Positions 13,920 through 27,432 of a stretch of DNA of 64,000 nucleotides are shown piece by piece. The DNA is taken from NCBI RefSeq assembly GCF_006345805.1, contig NC_043009.1:54746001-54810000 (forward strand). Direction: 5' to 3'. The number at the start of each line of letters is the position of its first letter. Within the stretch, counting starts at the first letter, position 1. The notes beneath the pieces were generated by a model. That model was given only the letters and a program-made list of their open reading frames with translations, made no database searches and had not been told where the DNA came from. The stretch comes from Octopus sinensis (taxonomy: Eukaryota). Made by a program: the position numbers and the translations under genes.

Positions 13920-14950
13920 TCTTCCTTTCTTCCTTCTTTCCATCCACCCAGCCTTCCTTCCTTCTTTCCATCCACCCAGCCAGCCTTCCTTCCCTCCTTC
14001 CTTCCTTCCCTCTTTCCTTCCTTCCATCCACCTAGCCAGCCTTCCTTCCTTCTTTCCATCCACCCAGTCAGACTTCCTTTCTTCTCTCCTTCCTTCCTTC
14101 CTTTTTTCCATCCACCCAGCCAGCCTTCCTTCCCTCCTTCCTTCCTTCCATCCACCTAGCCAGCCTTCCTTCGTTCTTTCCACCCAGCCTTCCTTCCTTC
14201 TTTCCATCCACCCAGTCAGCCTTCCTTTCTTCCCTCCTTCCTTACTTTAATCCTTCCTTCCTTCCCTCTTTCCTTCCTTCCTTCCTTCCATCCACCCAGC
14301 CAGCCTTCCTTCCTTCCATCCACCCAGCCAGCCTTCCTTCCTTTTTTTCATCCACCCAGCCAGTCTTCCTTCTTTCCATCCACCCAGTCAGCCTTCCTTC
14401 CTTTTTTCCATCCACCCAGCCAGCCTTCCTTCCTTCTTTTCATCCACCCAGCCAGCCTTCCTTCTTTCCATCCACCCAGTCAGCCTTCCTTCCTTTTTTC
14501 CATCCACCCAGCCAGCCTTCCTTCCTTCTTTTCATCCACCCAGCCAGCCTTCCTTCTTTCCATCCATCCACCCAGTCAGCCTTCCTTCCTTCCTTCTTTC
14601 CATCCACCCAGCCAGCCTTGTTTCCTTTTTTTCATCCACCCAGCCAGTCTTCCTTCTTTCCATCCACCCAGTCAGCCTTCCTTCCTTCCTTCCTTCCTTC
14701 CGTCTTTCCTTCTTTCCTTCCATCCACCCAGCCAGCCTCCCTTCTTTCCATCCACCCAGTCAGCCTTCTTTTCTTCCCCCCTTCCTTACTTCAATCCTTC
14801 CTTCCTTCCCTCCTTCCTTCCTTCCTTCCCTCCTTCCTTCCTTCCTTACTTACTTCAATCCTTCCTTCCTTCTTTCCATCCACCCAGCCAGCCTTCCTTC
14901 CTTCCTTCTTTCCTTCCTTCCTTCCTTCCTACCTTCCTTTCCTTCCTTTC
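13920..14950. repeat. (CCTT)n / CATCCACCCAGYCAGC compound minisatellite
   Basis: Directly visible; explains the ORFs at 13851-15103. Confidence 0.92.
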
Positions 14951-15187
14951 TTTGTTAATCTGTCAAAATTCTGTCACACTTTATGCAACCTGGAAACTGA
15001 AACAATTGCAATACATCCGTACCCTTACCTCCTCTCCTTTTGCTTTGTTTTTTGTTTCATCCTTGAACCAGTAGACCACCCCCCTTTTATTGTTTGCTGT
15101 TAAACTGAATACATGACATAGAAGCCTTTGATCACTTCCAGATTGATTTCTCTGTTCTTTCCTCCTCTCTTATCAGTATTGTTTATT

Positions 15188-18048
15188 TAATAATAATAAT
15201 AATAATAATAATTGTGTACAGTGCTCAGGTGCACTACAACTCATCTAAAGTGTATATATAATCAGGTGTAGTTTTGGCGGATTTCGGAAAGCATGAGGGC
15301 CTTAAAAGATGCAGTGTCATGGCAGTCAACAACTGACGCAGGAAGTTTATTCCATGCTTCAGCAACTCTGAGCGTGAAAAAATGTTTCCGAAAGTCATGG
15401 GAGCTGTATTGTTTTCTGACTTTGTAGGCATGTCCACGTGTGTTAGACACATAAAGATCAAAAAGGTGTTCAGTGTTGTTGTTGGTGAGGTGGTTGATAA
15501 CTTTGTGGGTGTTTACCAAGTCCGTCGCCAAACGCCGGAGCTTCAGTGAATCCATGCCCAGGGAAACAAGGCGCTCAGAATATGGTAGGTGTCTGATGGA
15601 GGGTATGCGTTTGTTTGCACGTCTCTGGACAGATTCCAGGAGGTCAATGTTCTGTGCAAGATAGGGGTTCCAAACTGATGATGCGAATTCCAAGTGTGGT
15701 CGTACCATAGCTGTATACATTTTTAAATAGATGGCTGGAGAGCGGCTAACAAAAGACCTCCTGAGTGATGCCAAGACACCCTCGGCCTTCCTGACAATCT
15801 TAGAGATATGCTTTGACCAACGCAAATCACTGCTGACAGTGATGCCTAGGTCACGCTCGCAAGAGGATTTCTTGATATCAGTGTTGTGGAGGGAGTATGT
15901 GAACGCAGGGTTTTTTCTCCCAAAATGCATGGTGGTACACTTGTCCACAGCCAGTTTCAGTTGCCAGTCTGTGATCCATTGCTGCATTGTGTCTAGGTCT
16001 GATTGCAGGAAAGAGTTGTAGACATCAGGATCTGTCCTCTTGATTTCAAGGTACAGCTTGATGTCGTCTGCATATTTCAATACTGTGGCATTCTTTAAAT
16101 TGGCATCTATGTCGTTAATGTATGCCACAAACAAGAGGGGACCAAGGACAGATCCCTGTGGTACACCCGTTGACATCTCATATGGTGTAGAGTGCTGTCC
16201 TAGAACTGTGACTACCTCCTTTCGGCTGAGGATGAAGGATTTCAACCAGTTAAAAAGGTCATCCCCCACACCCATTGCAGAGAGTTTCACCATAAGCCTT
16301 TTGTGTGGCACAGAGTTGAAAGCCTTAGCAAAGTCAAGGTAGACAACATCCACCCATGAGCCACTGTCAGTAATCTGAGTAATGTCCTCAAGGAACTCGA
16401 CAAGCTGGTCACTGCAGCTGGAGTTAGGGACAAATCCATATTGTGAGGGTCGGATGAGACTGTGAGAGCTCCAGAAGTTCCAGAGTGTTTCTCTGACACA
16501 CGATTCCATCAGTTTTGCAATACAGCTAGTGAGACTGACTGGGCGATAGTTGACAGGTGATGTGCGGTCGCCCTTTTTGAACAGAGGAATGACACTGGCA
16601 GTTTTCCACTGCTCCGGAGTAGCACCATTGTTGAGACAGTACTGGAAGAAAATAGAAAGCTGGTGTAAAAGGAAGTGCCTGCCACGTTTGAGAAGCAGGT
16701 ATGTAACTCCATCGAGACCAGGGGAGGCATAGTTGCGCTTATTTTGAAGGTGACGTCGCAGCATTGCAGGTGTAAATTCCATAGTTGTTATGGAGTTTGC
16801 TGTTAGTGATGGTGAAGATGGTACATTTTGACTTTCAACAGTGAATATGTTTGCATAGCACTCGGCAATGAGTTCTGCGCATTCCTTGGGGTCGTCAGTG
16901 ATCTGGTTTGTGTGAGGGTTGCGAAGAGGGCCCACTGGAGAGTGAGGTCTCTGCTTTGAGTGCACATATTTCCAGAAAACCTTGCTGTCAGGATTGGCTG
17001 CTATGCACTGTTCAAATTCAAGCACTGCTTTTTTGTCACTTGCTTGAGATGGTTGGAGGATTTATTCCGCTTCTTCCTGTTGGTGTCTGATTTATGCAAC
17101 CTGTATTCCCGTTCAGCAGTCCGACATTCCCTCCTGGCAAGTCGGACCGCTGAAGTTTCCCAAATTGCCCTTTTGGGGCGGTTCTTCTTTTTTTGTTTAC
17201 GTGGCACTGATGCTGCACATGCTGCCCATATTGAGTCCAGGATACTCTGGAGTATAGTATTCACATCTCCAGAGTTGTAGAATTCACGCCAGTTTGGGTG
17301 CTGTAGTTCAGTGTGGTACAGGTTCCAATCTGCTCTCTTCCAATCGAAGGAAGCAGATTGGAGATGGTTCAGGTTTTTGTTGCCCGCAAGAGCCAGATTG
17401 GCGATGATCATAGCACGATCAGAGTCACCTAGAGGTTCCTCCGTAGTGCAATTGATAACCGCTTCAGGAGTTGTGGTGAAGAGCAGGTCCAAGGTGTTGT
17501 CGCCTCTTGTTGGAGAGGTGACTACTTGTGACCAGTTTGAGTCCAGCACAAGCTCAACAAAATCGTTTGCACTCTGTGGCCAATGGAAGGTCTCCCAATC
17601 GATCTCAGGATGATTGAAATCGCCTGCAATAAACACATAAGTGGCTGTTTTCCTGGCAGCAGCTCGGATGACATTGCAAAGCTGTGTGTCCCGATGGTAA
17701 CTTGGGGGACGATAAACAACGCCACAGGAGTGTTGACATGGTCATACGCACGTCACAGAAAAAAACTTCTTCTTGTGATTCGTTCAAATCGGCACAAGGA
17801 ATTACCAAAAAATTTGAACGAACGTAGACCATCACACCACCACCACGGCGGTTAGTGCGGTCCTTACGGAAGAGGTTGTACCCCGTAATGTTGAAAACCC
17901 CATCACAGAGTAAGGAATGCGCCCATGTTTCCGTGACAGTGATGAAGTCAGGGTCAACACTTCTGACGTAGGTGTTGAACAAATGTATTTTGTTGCATAA
18001 ACTGCGAGCATTTAAGGACAACAATTTGTACCCAATTTGTACCAACAA
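15188..18048 (-). mobile_element. CR1-clade LINE: complete ORF2 region (APE endonuclease + RT) with two frameshifts, no ORF1, (ATT)n tail
   Basis: EN motifs LNARSL, VTETW, RKDR..GGGV, GVVYRPP, AGDFNHP, TRGDNTLDL. RT motifs YLDFAKAF, GVPQGSVLGPLLF, YADD. CR1 C-terminus NTRGH..RKHFFTLRV..WNKLP. TTATCAGTATT occurs near both ends (15170-15180, 18061-18071) as a possible TSD. Confidence 0.95.
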
Positions 18049-18231
18049 TTTTACTTATTGTTATCAGTATTCCATTTTATTTTTGTATAAATAGTGCTGT
18101 GAATGTTGTTGTTTTTTTTGGGGGGGGGGCCCATGGAGGTCATTTTTGAGCATGTAGGGATATTTGATACAAATAAGCATAGCTATGTGGTATGAAGTTG
18201 GCTTCCCAACCACATATATCATATCGCTTTT

Positions 18232-18453
18232 CTCTTTCAATTGTTTCAGTCATTTGACTGCGGCCATGCTGGAGCACCACCTTTTAGTCGAGCAAATCGA
18301 CCCCAGGACTTATTCTTTGTAAGCCTAGTACTTATTCTATTGGTCTCTTTTGCCGAACCGCTAAGTGACGGGGACGTAAACATACCAGCATCGGTTGTCA
18401 AGCGATGTTGGGAGGACAAACACAGACACACAAACACACACACACACACATAT

Positions 18454-18506
<53 letters not shown>

Positions 18507-18807
18507 GGTCCCGGGTTGAGTTGGGGTTAACCACAGTGAATAAGGTACTCAATACATAGTAGAGTAAAGTAATTTATTTTATAGAAGGAGCTTCTACAGG
18601 ACTAGAACTGTTTCATTCCGATATATATATATATATATATATACGACAGGCTTCTTTCAGTTTCCGTCTACCAAATCCACTCACAAGGCTTTGGTCGGCC
18701 CGAGCCTATAGTAGAAGACACTTTTCCAAGGTGCCACACAGTGCGACTGAACCCAGAACCATGTGATTGGTAAGCAAGCTACTTACCACACAGCCTCTCC
18801 TGCACCT
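18232..18807 (-). mobile_element. SINE family B (further copies at about 12060-12450, 25776-26153, 29997-30420, 35340-35843, 40700-41101, 49545-49905 on -; 4385-4785, 39654-40170 on +)
   Basis: Same head and tail sequence as 57981-58507. This copy has a small insert in its (TA)n spacer. Confidence 0.85.
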
Positions 18808-19330
18808 ATATATACCTCTGTGTGTGCATGCATGTTTATGTTTGTCCCCCACCATCACTTGAACACTGGTGTTGGTTTGTTTATATCCTTGTAACTTAGT
18901 GGTTCTGCAAAAAGGGATCAATACTCTGAGTACCAAGCTTTAAAATAATTACAGGGATCAATTTTTTTTTTGCCTAATACTCTTCAAAGTGGTGCTCCAG
19001 CATGATCGCCATCCAATTACTAAAAGAAGTAAAAGATAATATATGTATGTACATATGTACTTACATATGTATATATGTATGTATACCAGTATGTATGTAT
19101 GTATGTATGTATGTATGTATGTATGTATGTATGTATGTGTGTTTACATGTATGTTTATATACACATACAAACAAATATAAATGTGATTGAAATATCTGTT
19201 TATGGTACAAACCTATTTATTTTACATTCTTGATAACCTGATAAATTTAATTCTTTTGATAAAAAAACAAATTGTAGATAAATTAAAAATTGTAAGATAG
19301 AGCAATATTACACATATTCATACACATATT

Positions 19331-19686
19331 TACGTGCCACCGGCACGAGGCCAGTCCAGCGCCGCCCAGACTGGCCTCGTGCCGGTGGCACATAACAAAC
19401 ACCATCCGTTCGTGGCCGTTGCCAGCCTCGCCTCGCCCCGTGCCGGTGGCACATAAAAAGCACCATCCGTCCGTGGCTGTTTGCCAGCTCCGTCTGGCAC
19501 CTGTGCCGGTGGCACGTAAAAAGCACCCACTACACTCACGGAGTGGTTGGCGTTAGGAAGGGCATCCAGCCATAGAAACACTGCCAGATCAGACTGGGCC
19601 TGATGCAGCCTTCTGGCTTCACAGAACCCAGTTGAACCGTCCAACCCATGCTAGCATGGAAAGCGGACGCTAAATGATGATGATGA
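19331..19686 (+). mobile_element. RTE 3'UTR copy (further copies at about 31820-32207 +, 37452-37660 +, 38895-39105 +, 41495-41758 -, 59240-59401 -, 10085-10215 -)
   Basis: Shared gccggtggcacgtaaaaagcacccactacac...ccaacccatgctagcatggaaa...(gat)n sequence. Confidence 0.8.
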
Positions 19687-19777
19687 TTCATATACATATC
19701 TGTATACATTTACACAGTTATGCGCGCATATGCATGCATATGTATCTCATGAATTGTCTTCATTTACTGTTCAGTCT

Positions 19778-20093
19778 GTGGAGGCACATGTTCTAGTGGT
19801 TAGAGCAGCGGAATCGCGGTCGAGGGATCACGGGTTTGAATCTCAGACTGGGTGATATGTGTGTTTATGTGTGAAACACCGAAGCTCCATGCGGCTCCAG
19901 CAGAAGGTAATGGTGAAGTTCTGCTGACTCTCTCGCCACAACTTTCTCTTACTCTTTCCTCCTGCATCTTGCAGCTCTCCTGCGACGGACTGGCGTCCCA
20001 TCCAGGTGGGGAACCTATACGCCAAGGAAACCGGGAAACCAGCCCTATGAGCCAGGCATGGCTCAAGAAGGAACAAACAACAACAAAACAACA
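19778..20093 (+). mobile_element. SINE related to family C, with 12-bp TSD
   Basis: tRNA-like head and ctgcgacggactggcgtcccatccagg core. TSD ACTGTTCAGTCT at 19766-19777 and 20094-20105. Confidence 0.85.
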
Positions 20094-20189
20094 ACTGTTC
20101 AGTCTAGAGACCTCATCTCTTCTTGTTATTGTACCTGTCACATTTTTCTGTTTGCGTTCACCTTTCCTGTCTGCTCACTTATACTCCAG

Positions 20190-20525
20190 CAGCTTATGTT
20201 GCTGACACTGCCAAATTGAAGAATATTATCAGGAGGTGTTGAGACCATGATGATATTTGGTCAATAACTGATGAAAGGTTGGTGAGAGAGGAATGCTTAA
20301 GATGAACCCAGACAGCTCTAAAGAGCTGAGGCCATTATAGTAGTGGTTAAAAATAGAGAGGAAACAGTGCGCCTGTGGATTAGAGGCTGGAGCCTGTCTG
20401 CATGTCTGTAAGTGGTTTTATACCAATCAGTCAGGTAACCCTTTTATGAATGCAGTTTAAAATGTACTGACCCAAATATGAAGGCAACACTCCATTGTGA
20501 GCCTCACCTGAGCTTTGTATCTGCA
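20190..20525 (-). mobile_element. Degenerate CR1/Zenon-like LINE C-terminal remnant
   Basis: Minus strand gives YKAQVRLTMECCLHIW and FLSIFNHYYNGLSSLELS with stops. Confidence 0.5.
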
Positions 20526-21954
20526 TCAGTATCGTTTAGTATCTGATTTCCATGTTGGCATAAGTTGTACAGGTTGACAGGAACTGTTGAGCAAGAGGAC
20601 AGCACCAAGCTCCAACGTCTTCTTTGGTATCAAGGTTTCTATGGCTGGATGCCCTTCCTAACACCAAACACTTCACAGAATGTATTGAGTGCTTTGTACG
20701 TAGCACCTGCACAGTAAGGTCACCAAATAACTCACCAGACAAGATCCTTCCACTGATGGGCAGGTAGTATTGAAGGAGGTGGCTTTATGCCAGGTGATGA
20801 GAGAATTAAAATATGATAGAGGGATAAAAGCAGATGTCTTGCAGAAGAGGAGAAACCCCCGTTGGAGAAGGAGAGAAAATTATGAAGAGGTGTCAGAGTA
20901 CACCCTCAAGTAACAGGGAAGTGAGCATAAGAAGAATGGCCCAGAAGATAGGACAGAATGAATGGGCAGAGTATCAATGACTGTAAAGGACTGAAGTAGT
21001 TTTTCTTTTTCTTATTTGTTTTCTTTCTCCAGCCAAAAGATATATTTCAATTAATTAAGAATTTTTTCAATACACCATTCTATATATCAGCTTGTAATAC
21101 ATCTTTCAAAATTCGGGTAGTGAGCTGGCAGAATTGTTAGCACACTGGGCAAAATGCTTAGAGGTGTTTCACCTGTCTTTAAGTTTTGAGTTCAACTTCT
21201 ACGAAGGTCAACTTTACCTTTCATCCTTTTGGAGTCGATAAAATAAGTAGCAGTTGAATATTGGGGTTGATGTAATCAACTTAATACGTCTTTCAAAATT
21301 CAGGTAGTGAGCTGGCAGAATTGTTAGCACACTGGGCAAAATGCCTGGTAGTGTTTCGTCCATCTTCACGTTCTGAGTTCAAATTCCACCAAGGTCAACT
21401 TTGCTTTTTTATTTGTTTTGGAGCTGATAAAATAAACACCAGCCAAAAACTGGGGACTGATACAAATGACTTACCCACTTCCCCCAAATTACTGGATTTT
21501 TGCCAAAATTTGAAATTAATATGTCTTTCGAAGTTAATACCATTCACAACCCACTCAAGTTATTTCTTGGATATCATTTTGTATTATCATTATATAACAC
21601 AGAGATTATGATACGTCAGCTGCTAAACATAGAAAATTAGGGAATAGAGATATAACCAAACTTTGGTGTCTACTATCTCTGTTAGGTGAATGAAATTAAG
21701 AGCATTGGTTCAGACAAGCATTCAGGTATATGTCCCATGGCAATGAGCTATTAATAACAGCATTATAAATAAACGTATATGGATTACTGGAACTGCATAC
21801 GTTTGTAAAAACATCATTTGTTACGTTGTGAAATATCTCCATTATATAAACTGGTGTTTTGTGTGCAGGTATATTTTGATATACATTTTGGGAATATATA
21901 TTTACCTTTCACTGTGTGCGTGTGTGTTTGTGTGTGTGTATATATATATATATA

Positions 21955-22189
21955 ATACACCAACTAATACATACTAATACGTACTAATACATACTAATAC
22001 ATACTAATACATACACCAACCCTATACATACACACGTCCAGACCCCTCATACGCACTTATACTCTCTCATACACACACACACACACTTATACATACTAAT
22101 ACGTACTAATACATACTAATACATACTAATACATACACCAACCCCATACATACGCCTGTCCAGACCTATCCTACGCACTAATACTCTCT

Positions 22190-22228
<39 letters not shown>

Positions 22229-22598
22229 ATACATACTAATACATACACCAACCCTATACATACACACGTCCAGACCCCTCCTACGCACTAATAGGTGGTC
22301 ATTCAACCCTGTTATCAACCCTATTATCTCCCCTTATTTCGCTCTCGCGTCTCATGTTTGATCTTTGACTTCTGGCCGAAATCAGATCGCCATGTTGATT
22401 CGTTAGTTACTGCACGCAATTTTTTTCTCTCCTTCTTTCTGTGTTTTTTTTCTCTCTGTGTATCTTTCTGTTGAAGAGCGTAGGCTCGAAACGTTAAAGA
22501 CTTGTTTTATTTATATTTCCTGAGCGCCATACTAATACAATTGTTTGTTTGTTTTCCACCTGCCTTCGTCTTTTGTCTATTTTCATAAAGCTTCCCGT

Positions 22599-22629
<31 letters not shown>

Positions 22630-22780
22630 GGAGAATTCACGAAAAAAATCAAAAGACGAAGACAGGTGGTGTAGAAAACCTACAGATGTATTAGTATAAT
22701 GCTCAGGAATTGAAAAAGTCTTTTATGTTTTGAGCCTATGCTCTTACACAGAAAGAAGCAAGGAGATAAAAACCATGTGT
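21955..22780. repeat. CATACTAATA/CA-rich minisatellite followed by tail-to-tail Penelope-like ends around (TA)n
   Basis: 22440-22600 matches 11430-11600; 22627-22780 is a diverged reverse complement of it. Confidence 0.7.
22463..22500 (+). ncRNA. Minimal hammerhead motif, A6U core variant
   Basis: tcttt-CTGTTGA-a-GAGC(gtag)GCTC-GAAA-CGT-T-aaaga, with palindromic ACGT stem III. Confidence 0.6.
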
Positions 22781-22799
22781 GTAATATATATGTATGTAT

Positions 22800-22875
<76 letters not shown>

Positions 22876-23185
22876 TAGGTTTGTGTATATATATATATAT
22901 ATATATGTACGTACACACACACACTCCACACTCCTACATATAGATGTATGCATAAATATACACATGTATATGAACACCACACATACATTTATATACACAT
23001 ATATATTATACATATATAAATGTATATATATATATATTTTTTTCTTTTATTCATTTCAGTCATTAGATAGACTGTGGCCATGCTGGGGCACCACTTTGGA
23101 GAATTTTTAGTCAAATGTATCAACACCGGTACTTAATTTTTTAAAGCTTGGTACTTAACCTGTGTGTATAATAATTTATTATTAT

Positions 23186-23611
23186 TTAGTGAGAGAGCAG
23201 TGCATGCCATCAAAGTGACACTGGGGTAAAATATATGAAGCCCAGTATACCCATCATAACAACCCGTCTGGGATTCACTGAAGCTCCGGCGTCTGGCGAC
23301 GGATTTGGTAAACACCCACAAAGTTATCAACCACCTCACCAACAACAACACTGAACACCTTTTTGATCTTTATGTGTCTAACACACGTGGACATGCCTAC
23401 AAAGTCAGAAAACAACACAGCTCCCATGACTTTCGGAAACATTTTTTCACGCTCAGAGTTGCTGAAGCATGGAATAAACTGCCTGCGTCAGTTGTTGACT
23501 GCCATGACACTGCATCCTTTAAGGCCCTCATGCTTTCCGAAATCCGCCGAAACTACACCTGATTATATATACACTTTAGATGAGTTGTAGTGCACCCGAG
23601 CACTGTACACA

Positions 23612-23662
<51 letters not shown>

Positions 23663-24128
23663 AGGGTATACTAAGCACATGCATCACAACCATATGTGCG
23701 CAACATGGTGACCTCATATCAAGATAAACAGCACATGATCTTGCAGGTGGGGCCCAGTTAGAATTTTCTTCTGGTCGAGTAACCCATCCCACTCAAAAGG
23801 TCCCTGAATAAGGGTTGTTTAAGGATATTGAATGAAACACCCATGATTCCAGAGGTGAATTGTTCAAACCACAAAAAATCCCTCTCAACACATGGCTATG
23901 ATACTCCCCCACTACTTCTACTCGTGATCAGAGATGTACATATCGTCAGCCACTAAGGGTCATGCTCAACTGGTTAAGGTCAAACAACTGACAAGCAAAT
24001 CTGTGGTATTGAGCAGAATATTTGCTGTAGCCCATCTTTTATACCAAGACAAAACAATGTACATGATAGCACTTCCAATCAGTTAAGACCAGAAGCCACG
24101 AGAGTCACTGCCTGGTATTGCATCAGAG

Positions 24129-24163
<35 letters not shown>
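23186..24163. mobile_element. Non-coding interspersed element bounded by (TAA)n, interrupted by the CR1 fragment
   Basis: Sequence reads continuously across the CR1 insertion and has TAA-type repeats at both ends. Family not assigned. Confidence 0.5.
23271..23660 (+). mobile_element. 5'-truncated 3' fragment of the same CR1 family, with (ATT)n tail
   Basis: Near-identical to the reverse complement of about 15188-15555. Interrupts another repeat at ccgtctg|ataagggt. Confidence 0.92.
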
Positions 24164-24164
<1 letters not shown>

Positions 24165-24729
24165 GCAGTAGTTTTATTTTTATAGCATGCTTTCACTTCA
24201 CTACCGAGCGCAGCTCTGTGTGCCTTGGGTATGTGCTGTGATTTGTTGTGATACTCTGATGGTTATTGTATGGAAAGTGTTCTGCGTAGGATGTGTGCAG
24301 TGCCTAGTAGTGCAATTTTCTGTATGTTATATGTGTTTGTAAGTCCTGGTGTTTTTGTTATGTATTTGTCTGAATATTTTTTTATCATGCCTAATGCACC
24401 TACTATGATAGGAATTGTTTCTGTTTTCAGATTCCACATTCTAGTTACCTCTATTTCCAGGTCTTTGTATTTTGAGAGTTTCTCCATTTCTTTTAGAGAC
24501 ACGTTGTCATCTGCCGGTATTGATACATCAATTAGAAAGCATTTTTTTTTCTTCATGATCTCTGACAACTATATCTGGTCTGTTGGCCTTAATTTCTCTA
24601 TCTGTGTGTATCGGCATATCCCAGAGTATGGTTGCTTTCTCGTTTTCTGTGACCTTTTCTGGTGTGTGCCTATACCATCTTTTTTCTGTTGTTATTCCAT
24701 AATGTTGGCATAGCTTCCAATGTATGTAG

Positions 24730-24730
<1 letters not shown>
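24165..24730 (-). mobile_element. R4/Dong-clade LINE 3' fragment (restriction-like endonuclease) inside a (TAA)n tract
   Basis: ILWDMPIHTDREIKANRPDIV / LIDVSIP / EKLSKYKDLEIE / PIIVGALG / QKIALLGTAHILRR. (TTA)n on both sides. Confidence 0.88.
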
Positions 24731-24816
<86 letters not shown>

Positions 24817-25241
24817 ATATGGCAGTGAGCTGGCAGAAAACATTAGCATTCTGGGCAAAATGCTTAGTGGTATTTCATCTATCTTTATGTTTTTGAGTTC
24901 AAATTCTGCTGAGGTTGACTTTGCCTTTCATCCTTTCAGGGTTGATAAAAATAGGTACCAGTTGAGAACTGGGGTTGATGTAACCAACTAGTCCCCACTC
25001 CCAAAATTTCAGGTCTTGTTTCTTCAGTAGAAAGGATTACTATTATTAGTAGAGTGTCAGACAAAATGTTTTGTGGTATTTCTTCACATTCTTTATATAC
25101 TGAGTTCAAATCCTCCTAGGATCAACTTTGCTTGTCACCTTCTGAAGTGAACAACGTAAAGTATTATATAGTACTGGGATCAATGGTATTTACTAATCTC
25201 CTCCCAAAATCGCTGACTTTATATATATATGTATATATGTA

Positions 25242-25289
<48 letters not shown>

Positions 25290-26647
25290 AGAACATTATC
25301 ATTTTAGGTGTAATGATCCAAGTTCAGTTAAAGTTATATATTTCGTATTGCATATAAAGGGGTTTTACTGCCTTCCTGGGAAGGTTGTGGGGGCTTGAGT
25401 CCTCAGGCACCCCCTCCATAGGGTCCTGTCGCAAGCAACTTACATTCAGATATAACAAAAATACAAACACGGTGACTGGTATTTTATTCTACTGACCCAG
25501 GAAGGCTGAAATGCAAAGTCAGCTTTCACAGGATTTGAACTCACAACATAAAAGGATGTATTTACATAGAGCCAAGCATTTGATTGTCGTTGTTGTTGTT
25601 GTTGGTAGTGGTGATGGTGATGGTTGTGGTGGAGGTAGTTATGTTGGTCTTGGAGGAGCATGCGATAATAATTTGGGTTGAGAGTGATAGGGCAAATTAC
25701 ATTTGATATTGTATCTATCAGGTGTCATTTCTCCTTCAAATCTGAATTTAAATTTGATATAAATATATTCTATTTCTTGTTTCAGTCATTTGACTGTGGC
25801 CATGCTGGAGCACCACCTTTAGTCAAACAAATCGCCCCCAGGACTTATTCTTTCTTAGTGTAGTACTTATTCTATCAGTCTCTTTTGCTGAACCACTAAG
25901 TGACAAGGATGTAAAGTGACAGGAACATTGGTTGTCAGGCAATGGTGGAGGGACAAACACAGATGCAAATAACAAACACACACATACATATATATACATA
26001 TATATATATATGACGAGCTTCTTTCAGTTTCCGTCTACCAAATCCACTCACAAGGCTTTGGTTGGCCCAAGGCTATAGGTGCCACACAGTGGGACTGAAC
26101 TCAAAACCATATAGTTGGGAAGCAAGCTTCTTACCACACAGCCACTCTTGTGCCTCTCTCTCTCTTTATCTATCTATCTATATATATATATAATAAATTA
26201 ATAGATAAAACATATGCATATATACATACATATATGTACGTACCTACCTCTACATGTATATATATACGCATATATGGATACAATACACCAAAAAACCGTC
26301 GAACATAATGAGAAACGAAAACATAAACACAAAACCAAGGAACTGGACATTTTTCTTAAATAACAAAAAAATAGAGTACAGGACAAATAACACAAGGAAA
26401 ATTCCCCTTCTTCAGTCGCCATGGTTTCATCTACTCTGCGTTTCGAAGGTGAAGGCTATACGCATCTTCGATAGAAACTTTCCTTCCCGCGAAAAGCAAA
26501 TTAAATAAAATTTGAGATCTTTTTGCGGAGGGGTAAAAATGGTAACAAAAACAGGACAGTAACGACAGTACAAAATATAAACAGTAAAAGATAGGACAAG
26601 GAGAATAACAAATACATGTATATATATATACATGTGTATATATATAT

Positions 26648-27390
26648 GGCCTCACTGAGGCAATGGCAAAGGACCGAGATCTCTGGAGATATGCTGTGAC
26701 TGCAAAGACCCGGGCTGCTTCCTGCACCAGTTCCGCATAGCCCCCTGCCCATTCAAAGTAACCTGGATCCCGGAACGTCTCGCTGTGCTTGAGGAGACCT
26801 GTTGAGTCAAGTACATGAACATGAACATCGAAATAAATATCAATGGAAATAGTAGTTGTGATACCTGTGCCGGTGGCACATAAAAAGCACCATCCGTACG
26901 TGGCCGTTGCCAGCGCCGCCTCGGCTGGCTTCTGTGCCGGTGGCACATAAAAAGCACCATCCGTACGTGGCCGCTGCCAGCGCCGCCTCGACTGGCTTCT
27001 GTGCCAGTGGCACATAAAAAGCACCATCTGAACATGGCCGATGCCAGCGCCGCCCCGACTGGCTTCTGTGCCAGTGGCACATAAAAAGCACCATCTGAAC
27101 GTGGCCGTTGCCAGCGCTGCCTTGTCTGGCTTCCGTGCCGGTGGCACGTTAAAAGCTCCAACCGATCGTGACCGATGCCGGACCCCCCCTGGCACCTGTG
27201 CAGGTGGCACGTAAAAAGCACCCACTACACTCGCAGAGTTGTTGGCGTTAGGAAGGGCATCCAGCTGTAGAAACTCTGCCAGATCAGGCTGGAGCCTGGT
27301 GCAGCCCCTGGCTTCCCAGACCCAGGTCGAACCGTCCAACCCGTGCTAGCGCGGAAAACAGACGTTAAACGATGATGATGATGATGATGA

Positions 27391-27393
<3 letters not shown>
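26648..27393 (+). mobile_element. RTE 3' end/3'UTR copy with six hairpin units at about 67-bp spacing
   Basis: Homologous to 50398-50981; ends in (GAT)n. Confidence 0.8.

Positions 27394-27432
<39 letters not shown>

Noticed and set aside
13851-15103. Overlapping 80-160-aa ORFs
   Set aside because: Products of the (CCTT)n minisatellite.
26867-27225. Regularly spaced palindromic repeats resembling a CRISPR array
   Set aside because: The spacers are homologous to each other, the array is part of an RTE 3'UTR present many times, the DNA is eukaryotic and there are no cas genes.
26431-27339. 302-aa and 189-aa minus-strand ORFs
   Set aside because: Antisense to the tandem RTE UTR units; repetitive peptide with no domain.
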